Below, piece after piece: positions 35,934 through 43,253 of a stretch of DNA of 55,765 nucleotides; positions within the stretch are counted from its first letter, which is position 1; the number at the start of each line of letters is the position of its first letter. Under the pieces are notes generated by a model that was not told the DNA's origin, did no database searches, and worked only from the letters and a program-made list of their open reading frames with translations. Source of the DNA: a virus. Taxonomy: Duplodnaviria; Caudoviricetes. Made by a program: the position numbers and the translations under genes. The stretch covers positions 1 through 55,765 of IMG/VR virus record IMGVR_UViG_3300044825_002268; one strand, written 5' to 3'.

Positions 35934-36926
35934 CTACCACGAATAAACTATTACACGGCCACTTCCACCATTTCCACCAGCACCAGAATTTCCTGCTCCT
36001 CCACAAGGCTTCCTTCCTCCACCGCCTCCTCCTCCGGCTGGAGTTCCACCATTTCCACCTCTTCCCGGCGTTGGCCCTCCGCCGCCTCCTCCGCCGCCAG
36101 TACCGCTTCCATTAAAATTTGTAATTCCCGGCGTTCCGTTTGTACAAGCAGCGCCACCCGCTCCGCCGCCCCCGCTTGTATATCTATTTGATCCACCTGT
36201 ACCGCCCGAAGAACCAGTAGTAACACAAAAAGCGCTTCCACCACTCCCGCCTCCTGCGCCGCCATACATTGAACTACCGCCGTTTTGTCCTGCATATCCT
36301 GCCGAAGAAGAAGTAGACCCTCCACTGCCACCTCCCCATTCAGCGTTATTTCCTACTCCGGTGGTAAGTTTTCCTGCACCACCTAAACCTATATTGCAAA
36401 GCGGGGCTGAACTATTTCCAAAAAAAGTTCCTTGCGGAGATCCGCCAACTCTTGCCGATGTTGTGCCAGTAGTTCCCGCTCCCGCGGCGCCGCCACCAGA
36501 TCCACCAGAGGCGTTAGTAGATGTACTTGTTCCCCTGTATCCACCGCCGCCACCGAAAGCCTTTACATAACAACCAAATTGAGAAGTTCCACCAACTGAT
36601 CCATCGTTTCCCACACCGCTACAAGTTGATGCTCCTCCTGTACCTCCTGCCCCTACTGTTACAGTAACGCTTTGCGGAAGTTGGGTTGCAATAAATTGAT
36701 TGTAATTTCTAGCGCCACCACCACCGCCAGTTCCGCCTCGCTGTCCACAAGTACAACCTTTTGATCCAGAGCCACCACCACCGCCGCCACCCCAAACACA
36801 AACGCGGACAAAAGAAATGCAATTGGGTTTTAGCCAGACACCTGAACTGTTAAATATCTGAATATTTCCGCCACGATTATTGACTTGATAATTAAAAGCG
36901 GAAATGTTTTGGTTAGAACGCGGCAT
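35934..36926 (-). CDS. Glycine-rich adhesin-like fibre protein, paralogue 3
   Basis: 'IFNSSGVW.KP....VRVCVWGGGGGGG...A.GGGGG...GG.GGSGRVIVYSW'. Confidence 0.75.
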   Translation of the reverse strand: MPRSNQNISAFNYQVNNRGGNIQIFNSSGVWLKPNCISFVRVCVWGGGGGGGSGSKGCTCGQRGGTGGGGGARNYNQFIATQLPQSVTVTVGAGGTGGASTCSGVGNDGSVGGTSQFGCYVKAFGGGGGYRGTSTSTNASGGSGGGAAGAGTTGTTSARVGGSPQGTFFGNSSAPLCNIGLGGAGKLTTGVGNNAEWGGGSGGSTSSSAGYAGQNGGSSMYGGAGGGSGGSAFCVTTGSSGGTGGSNRYTSGGGGAGGAACTNGTPGITNFNGSGTGGGGGGGGPTPGRGGNGGTPAGGGGGGGRKPCGGAGNSGAGGNGGSGRVIVYSW

Positions 36927-36937
36927 AGTTACCTCGA

Positions 36938-37168
36938 TTACTGCTGAGTTGGCTCTTCAGGTGTTGGTTCTGGAGTTGGTTCTGGGATTGGCTCAGGTTC
37001 CGGGGGCGCAATAAAGTTTCCATTGTCATGTGTCCAACCGATGTCACACAAAATTTCTTCTGCTTTGACGGCAATATGACCCTCAGGAGGTCTCCATTGA
37101 GATGCCTCATCCCAAAGAACCACATTGACTACAATATTTTCAGAATTAACTACTGCGTAGCGTTTCAT
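36938..37168 (-). CDS. Small fibre-associated protein
   Basis: 'YAVV....VVNV..WD......IGW..D...F..P' followed by a Pro/Glu-rich tail. Confidence 0.7.
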   Translation of the reverse strand: MKRYAVVNSENIVVNVVLWDEASQWRPPEGHIAVKAEEILCDIGWTHDNGNFIAPPEPEPIPEPTPEPTPEEPTQQ

Positions 37169-37177
37169 TTTTTCTCC

Positions 37178-38185
37178 TTACCATGAATACACACGGACTA
37201 AGCCGCTGCCACCATCACCACCACTACCGCCAACTTGACACGCTCCGGTTGCTCTTCCACCGCCACCCCCACCACCTCCGTATCTACCCCCGTTTCCGCC
37301 TCTTTTTCCGGTTGTTAGACAGCCGGTTGCTCCGCCTCCACCACCTGTTCCACTGCAACAAGCAGCTGTTGTTCCTGCCGTTCCTGCTGCGCCGCAAACT
37401 CCAGCTGCGCCACCTCCTCCTGCGGAAAAACTACCTACACTTCCTCCGGCACTTGCTGCTCCCGATGTGCCACCACCACCACCGCCGCCACCAGCGCCAT
37501 GTATCGAACTACCACCAGCACCAGACTTAAACTGACATCCAGATAGCCTAAAAACGCCACCCCCGGCGCCGCCACCAAAAATAGAATTTCCACCATCTGC
37601 TGAAACAGAAGTTGAAAGAACCCCTCCACCACCGCCATAAAAATTATCTAATGTCGTGCGAGTATTACCGCCCCCCCAATAAGTGGTAACAGTTGGCAAT
37701 CCGCCTAAAGCACCTAATGTTCCGGCGGTTGCATTTGCGCCTAAACCACCGCTTCCTCCACCTCCACCACCAGCCGTTCCACTATTAGAACTTAATGACG
37801 ATCCGGCGGCTCCCCGTCCACCTCCATATGCTGTTACATAACAACCAAAAGATGAATTTCCACCAGCAGTTCCATTATTTCCGGTTGTAGCGCAAGACCC
37901 AGATCCTCCAGTTCCCCCGCTACCAGTTGTTACTGTTACTGTATTTGTTACACAATTTGCATTGAACAATGACCTAACTTTTGCACCGCCTCCACCACCG
38001 GTTGCGCCAGCCCAACACCCTCTTCCTGCTCCTCCACCACCGCCTCCTCCGCCCCAAAGGCAAACTTGGATCATGGTGACATTAGGAGGTTTTATCCAAA
38101 CACCGGATGAAGTAAATGTCTGAACATTGACATTTGGGGAGTCAACCGTGTAATTAAATGCAGATAATTGATTAGATGTCGGCAT
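37178..38185 (-). CDS. Glycine-rich adhesin-like fibre protein, paralogue 2
   Basis: Same N- and C-terminal motifs as 35934-36926. Confidence 0.75.
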   Translation of the reverse strand: MPTSNQLSAFNYTVDSPNVNVQTFTSSGVWIKPPNVTMIQVCLWGGGGGGGGAGRGCWAGATGGGGGAKVRSLFNANCVTNTVTVTTGSGGTGGSGSCATTGNNGTAGGNSSFGCYVTAYGGGRGAAGSSLSSNSGTAGGGGGGSGGLGANATAGTLGALGGLPTVTTYWGGGNTRTTLDNFYGGGGGVLSTSVSADGGNSIFGGGAGGGVFRLSGCQFKSGAGGSSIHGAGGGGGGGGTSGAASAGGSVGSFSAGGGGAAGVCGAAGTAGTTAACCSGTGGGGGATGCLTTGKRGGNGGRYGGGGGGGGRATGACQVGGSGGDGGSGLVRVYSW

Positions 38186-38191
38186 AACTTT

Positions 38192-39202
38192 TTACCAAGT
38201 GTAAACAACTACAAGGCCATTGCCACCTCTGCCACCAGCGCCGCTCGTTCCACATCTTCCTTGTCCACCACCACCTCCTCCACCAGCAGGAAACCCGCCA
38301 TTTCCACCTCTACCAGCATTACTAAAAGCATTAGATCCAGCACCTCCACCGCCTCCTCCAGATCCACTGCCATTTGACTGCGTCACTCCATTAGCACCAG
38401 ACGCACCAGTAGAGCCGCCTGTTCCGCCGCAAGTTCCAACAGCATATCCTTGTGATCCACCAGCCCCACCAAATCTGTAAGCAGTAAAGCCACAAGTTCT
38501 TATTCCGCCACCCGCTCCGCCGCCTGAACCTCCGTAAATTGAGCCAGCACCGCCACCAGAAATTATGCAATTACTTATCATTACTCCGCCAGCGCCACCG
38601 CCCCATTCAGCTCTTCCAAATCCTTGACTAGAACAAATTGGCGATGCTCCACCGACAACTCCTAGCGCACACGCTACAACGCAACCTCCCCAAAATGTGT
38701 TTTGAGGACGACCACCTTTTGCAAGACTTCCGCTACTGGTATCACCATTTCCATCTCCACCTCCTCCGCCACCACCTGTTGAAAATGAATTGGTTAATAA
38801 CCCACCGCGACCACCTCCGCCGCCACCTGCATATAATGCAGATCCAAATTGTGTTAAACCGCCACCAGTTCCGCCACATCCAACGGTTCCAGCGATTGAA
38901 ACTTCTCCACCACCAGCACCACCGGCACCAATAGTTACATAGACTTGAGATGGCAAAATACATGAAGCAAAAAATAAACTTGTTCTTGCTCCACCACCAG
39001 CTCCAGTTGCTGCGGTTGATGAACACGATGACCCAGTTTTAGCGCCACTACCACCACCACCGCCACCACCCCAAGCGCAAACACGCACAAACTTGGCATT
39101 AGCAGGCTTACTCCATACTCCAGACGAAGTAAAAATCTGCACATCAACTGCCCGTGTGTTAACTATGTAGTTAAAAGATGACGGCTGGTAGGACTGAGAC
39201 AT
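38192..39202 (-). CDS. Glycine-rich adhesin-like fibre protein, paralogue 1
   Basis: Start set at MSQSYQ (39202) by alignment to the paralogues and a GGAGG RBS. Confidence 0.75.
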   Translation of the reverse strand: MSQSYQPSSFNYIVNTRAVDVQIFTSSGVWSKPANAKFVRVCAWGGGGGGGSGAKTGSSCSSTAATGAGGGARTSLFFASCILPSQVYVTIGAGGAGGGEVSIAGTVGCGGTGGGLTQFGSALYAGGGGGGRGGLLTNSFSTGGGGGGGDGNGDTSSGSLAKGGRPQNTFWGGCVVACALGVVGGASPICSSQGFGRAEWGGGAGGVMISNCIISGGGAGSIYGGSGGGAGGGIRTCGFTAYRFGGAGGSQGYAVGTCGGTGGSTGASGANGVTQSNGSGSGGGGGGAGSNAFSNAGRGGNGGFPAGGGGGGGQGRCGTSGAGGRGGNGLVVVYTW

Positions 39203-39203
39203 C

Positions 39204-39686
39204 TTAGTAGTTTCCTCCGAAAGCCGACATAGCAATTGCAATGTTAGTGCCGCCGGCAGCTACAGTTAGTCCACCATAAATACGATAACTAGCCGGAATA
39301 TTCAGACCACCTGTTGGAAGTATTAGGGGATATGTTGTCAGGGCTGAAGTTGCTAACGCCGTGACCGCTGTTGCAGGAATTGCTACTTCGCCTAAGAAAA
39401 TGTTATTTCCTGCGGTTGTGTTTGCCGATCCATTGTTAATCCAAAAACGAACCACAGTTGCCGATGATGTTCCTGATGCAGTTGCGCCATTAGTTGACGA
39501 TAAACGACAAATAACTTGATCAATACGAGCGCCATCAGCACCAGCTGTAAAAACTAAAGCTAACGCTGTACCGGCGGTTTCTGTACCATCAAACGCTTTA
39601 GTATTAGTCATTGCTGTACTAACAATTGCGTTTAACGCACCGACATTAGGCGTTTGGGTAAAAATTGGGGTTGCTGTTACTGCCAT
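39204..39686 (-). CDS. Putative fibre/adaptor structural protein
   Basis: 160 aa, beta-rich, ends 'FGGNY'. Confidence 0.6.
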   Translation of the reverse strand: MAVTATPIFTQTPNVGALNAIVSTAMTNTKAFDGTETAGTALALVFTAGADGARIDQVICRLSSTNGATASGTSSATVVRFWINNGSANTTAGNNIFLGEVAIPATAVTALATSALTTYPLILPTGGLNIPASYRIYGGLTVAAGGTNIAIAMSAFGGNY

Positions 39687-39688
39687 GA

Positions 39689-40396
39689 TTAAAATCCTCC
39701 AAAGTTAGCTGCAAGATAAAGATTTCCTGCTGTTCCGCCACTACCTCCACCAGCAGTTGAAATTGTGATTGAACCGGTTCCGTTGGTTATTGAAATTCCA
39801 GTGCCAGCAGTCAAAGTTGCTTTTGTAAGAGTGTTACCAGTGGTATTTCCAATTAACAATTGACCATTGGTGTAGGAGGTTTGGCCAGTCCCACCCTGAG
39901 CAACGCCTAAACCTGTCGTAAAGTTAATATCGGCATTTGGTAAAGTTACTGTTCTGCTTGCAGTTAATGTGGTTGGGGTAAAAGTAACCTTATATGAGCT
40001 TGTTCCGCCTGCCCGACCAACCAGCTCAACACCGTCTTGAGTTGCGGCCGCCCTCGTTAAAATTCCCGAGGCACTTGTTGAAGTAATTGACCCAGCACCT
40101 GCAATATCACCAGTTGTATCAGCAATCGTAACTACTGAGTTTTGAATTAACTTTCCAGTGGTTAGATCAAATCGAGCGATTGCGTTATCGGTTGCACTAG
40201 CCGGTCCTACGACATCTCCTGAAGCCCCTGCGGAAGAGGCTAATAGGGTGACAGTTCCAGCGGAGTTCTCACAGTACAACTTCATATCAGCGATGTTCAG
40301 ACCCAGCTCTCCCGGTAATAGGTTAGCCGCGGTCGGAACTGCCGCACCCGTTGTGCTGTAATAAAGCCTAATCGGTGTATATCCTGCTTGTGCCAT
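39689..40396 (-). CDS. Fibre protein with Mtd-N-like anchor
   Basis: 'S.T..AVP..ANL..GEL.LN.AD.KLY', then 'GPASATDNAIARFD.TTGKLIQNS' and 'V.QGGTG'. Confidence 0.7.
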   Translation of the reverse strand: MAQAGYTPIRLYYSTTGAAVPTAANLLPGELGLNIADMKLYCENSAGTVTLLASSAGASGDVVGPASATDNAIARFDLTTGKLIQNSVVTIADTTGDIAGAGSITSTSASGILTRAAATQDGVELVGRAGGTSSYKVTFTPTTLTASRTVTLPNADINFTTGLGVAQGGTGQTSYTNGQLLIGNTTGNTLTKATLTAGTGISITNGTGSITISTAGGGSGGTAGNLYLAANFGGF

Positions 40397-40408
40397 AGCT
40401 TTACCTCG

Positions 40409-40852
40409 TTAAGTAACAACCTCTAATAAATGTTCCAAAACCACTTCCGGTTCAACGAACCGGTCTGCCTTGTACTCCACCATCTCCCACCACAGAAACT
40501 GGTTTTCCGCCAAGCAAGACCGATCTTTGAGAAGATTTATATTCTCCGGGTGACCGAAGATCAGCGGATCGGACACCGACCAAAGCACTATTCCGGGTTT
40601 CTTTTCGTCCCAAGCCAGATGTTGAAAAAAGCTGTCGCATCCGATCCATGTCCTGCACTCTTTAATCAATCCTCTTAATTCAGTAATCTTTAAATTCTTC
40701 CTAAAATCCTCAACTAACTGCTCTTCACCTTCCACACCTACTTGGATAATCGGTTCATCGATCATCTCAACTAAGGTTTTCCAATACGGATAGTCCTTTG
40801 GGTTTCGCTTTCCGTTTCTTAGCTTTTTTGCATATGGTGCTATCAAAATCAT
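40409..40852 (-). CDS. GT9-like (heptosyltransferase-type) C-terminal domain
   Basis: 'PKDYPYW..LV...IIQVG...E', 'IKECRTWIGCDSFFQHLA....PGIVLW'. Confidence 0.7.
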   Translation of the reverse strand: MILIAPYAKKLRNGKRNPKDYPYWKTLVEMIDEPIIQVGVEGEEQLVEDFRKNLKITELRGLIKECRTWIGCDSFFQHLAWDEKKPGIVLWSVSDPLIFGHPENINLLKDRSCLAENQFLWWEMVEYKADRFVEPEVVLEHLLEVVT

Positions 40853-41817
40853 AGGTACATCTTGCGGTAAGCGTTCTCCAAACTATCCTTCCAACCCCAC
40901 TGGTGCATCTTTTTATAAATACTGTACGGCTCAATATCTCCCAATAACTGCTGGGCCTCGGCGATTGACCTGCCCGGAATAATCTCGGGATAGCACCCAA
41001 AAATCACCGGATTTTTAACATCAGGTAATACATGAGTAAAGACAATATGATCGCCCATACCCCCGTTTAGCACCACTATGGTGTCGTCTTTGTGCTTTAG
41101 GAAGTTTCTAAAAATCTGCTCGTCGTGGGCATAAAGTTCGGGGTTTGTTTCCATCCGGATTCCCCCTTCAGACTTTAGGTGCCAAGTCACCGCATTTGGA
41201 ACTGCGAGGATCTTGTAGCCCTTCTTTTTTAGGCCGTAAGTAAATAAAGTCTCCTCCCGGTGGGCTACCCTCGAAAGTCCAAGGTTGTAGTCCACCACCC
41301 CAGCTCGGTATAAAAATGAGCAGTGCAGGTGATCGATTTCTCTTGCCTTTTTAAGCTCGTCCCACTGAAGATTTGTCTCATGGTCAATATTCTCAATCTT
41401 CCCGGTGGACTTTGAGGTATCGAACTGCTTTCCGGGAATCAGGATTGCCCCGCCCACGGCTCCGACATCACCATCGGTGTAAGACAAAAGGATCTCTAGG
41501 GTATGAGGTTCAGGGATGGCATCGTCATCCACCCGCCAGACCCACTGGTAGCCCATTAGATTGGCCATCTGATGGTTGTGGTGCTGCCCCTTCTTTGCTG
41601 CGAAGACCCACTCCCAAGCGATACCCTTGCGGTCCAACATGGTCAAAAGACCCAAATAGGTGGGATCTTTCCGGACATCCTGAGGCTCGTCGTTGTCATC
41701 AAATATGACCAACTTATCCACAGGACGGGTTTGGCTTAGAACCCCTTGGATAGCCAACGGCAGGGTCGTGTGATACCGCCCCCGGGTGGAGATAGAGCAG
41801 AGAACTACCTTGTCCAT
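40849..41817 (-). CDS. GT2 glycosyltransferase with a C-terminal GT9-like N-domain
   Basis: 'SQT....LVIFDD', 'WRVDDD', 'HREET'; C-terminal 'VVLNGGMGDHIVFTHVLP'. Confidence 0.8.
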   Translation of the reverse strand: MDKVVLCSISTRGRYHTTLPLAIQGVLSQTRPVDKLVIFDDNDEPQDVRKDPTYLGLLTMLDRKGIAWEWVFAAKKGQHHNHQMANLMGYQWVWRVDDDAIPEPHTLEILLSYTDGDVGAVGGAILIPGKQFDTSKSTGKIENIDHETNLQWDELKKAREIDHLHCSFLYRAGVVDYNLGLSRVAHREETLFTYGLKKKGYKILAVPNAVTWHLKSEGGIRMETNPELYAHDEQIFRNFLKHKDDTIVVLNGGMGDHIVFTHVLPDVKNPVIFGCYPEIIPGRSIAEAQQLLGDIEPYSIYKKMHQWGWKDSLENAYRKMYL

Positions 41818-43253
41818 ATTTCGTTAGTCCTGCCCAAGTCTCGGTAGTTGATCATCTCGCCCTGAGAGCCTAGATCCCAAGCACCAATATGTTTGCGATC
41901 TTTAAGGGTAAACCCGAATGACTGTAATTTCTTCTCTATTACCTCAATGCCCCGATATTTGGGGTGCAGGTCCCCGTGGACCTCTAGGGCAATCGTGGTG
42001 ATCCGCTCCATGTCCTCTTCTGAGGCGTTCATCAGGATGTCGTACTCAGCCCCCTCGCAATCCATCTTGAGGAAGACATTACTTCCTTCAACCATGTCTA
42101 AGAGGTTATTTAAGGTGACGGAATAGACCTCTTCAAAGTCCTCTTGGGCGTTATAAAGGCTGTTGTGGCCCGTTTTTTGCTGAATCCCTATCCGCACATA
42201 CTCCCCAGCGCGATCAGAAACCACGGCCTTCTGCGGCTTGATGACATCCAAACCCGACTTCCAGACATTTTTAATTAGGACGTCAAAGGTCGGGGTAACC
42301 GGCTCAATCGCTATGACCTTCCTAGCCCCAAGGCTAGCGGCCAAAATCGAAAAGGTGCCCATATTTGCCCCGATATCAATGACCTCCCGGCCACGCATGG
42401 TCTCTTCAGAGGCTCCATAGACATTACCGACCACCACCTCATCGAACAATTCCTTGGCCTCAGGGCCGTTTTCGCACATCCAAGCAAGGGATGACTTAAT
42501 TTGATGTTCTTTAGCCTGTCTGTGGGCGTTTTTGGCCCATTCCGGGTTGTGTTTTTCGGCCAACTTGAGCTGGTTTTGCAAAAAGGCTGATCTCCAGTCT
42601 TTAACTAAGACCGAATCGTGAACCGTTCCCTCGCCCTTGTGATAAATCGGGAAGGCTCCGGTGTTGGTTTGCCCGTTCCAGCCCTGACTTTCGCACTGAA
42701 TTACCTTAAATCCGGCGTTTTCAGTCTCTAGGCAAAACTCAATGTCCTCGCACCCGCCGGCCCCAAACTCTGGGTTCAGCAAACCCACGGTCTCAAAGAC
42801 CTTTCGGTCGATCATCACGCAGAAAAACACCGCAAAGTCCCGGCCGGTAATCTCTGAGTGAGTCTTTAAGACGGCTGAGATCCCGCATTTCTCGTCTTCA
42901 AAGGCAGAATTCAGCATCTTTAACCAAGATCCACGCTCCTGATCCAAGAGGATGCAGTCGTTATTCAGAAGGACGATCCGATTAGCTGTCGCATGGCGGA
43001 TGGCCACATTGTTGGCGACTGGATACCCCAAGGGGATATCGCTCCATAAGACCTTAAAGTGATCCCCGAATCCAACCCGATCAAATTGATTTTTCAGCGA
43101 CTCTAAGTACCAGCGGGTGTTATCCGTGCATCCGTTAGCCGATACGATTATCTCCACCTCGGACATAACGGAATGCTTAAAAACGGACTCAAGACACGGC
43201 CGCAGCAGATCATCACAGTGGTTATAGGTCGGGATGACGACTGAATACTTCAT
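41805..43253 (-). CDS. GT2 glycosyltransferase fused to an FkbM-family methyltransferase
   Basis: 'SVVIPTYN', 'LLNND', 'EDIEFC'; then 'VIDIGANMG', 'AIEP', 'LKMDCEGAEY'. Confidence 0.9.
   Translation of the reverse strand: MKYSVVIPTYNHCDDLLRPCLESVFKHSVMSEVEIIVSANGCTDNTRWYLESLKNQFDRVGFGDHFKVLWSDIPLGYPVANNVAIRHATANRIVLLNNDCILLDQERGSWLKMLNSAFEDEKCGISAVLKTHSEITGRDFAVFFCVMIDRKVFETVGLLNPEFGAGGCEDIEFCLETENAGFKVIQCESQGWNGQTNTGAFPIYHKGEGTVHDSVLVKDWRSAFLQNQLKLAEKHNPEWAKNAHRQAKEHQIKSSLAWMCENGPEAKELFDEVVVGNVYGASEETMRGREVIDIGANMGTFSILAASLGARKVIAIEPVTPTFDVLIKNVWKSGLDVIKPQKAVVSDRAGEYVRIGIQQKTGHNSLYNAQEDFEEVYSVTLNNLLDMVEGSNVFLKMDCEGAEYDILMNASEEDMERITTIALEVHGDLHPKYRGIEVIEKKLQSFGFTLKDRKHIGAWDLGSQGEMINYRDLGRTNEIWTR

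Noticed and set aside
35951-39147. Trp-, His- or Pro-rich ORFs overlapping the Gly-rich genes
   Set aside because: These are frame-shifted or antisense readings of GGN codon runs.
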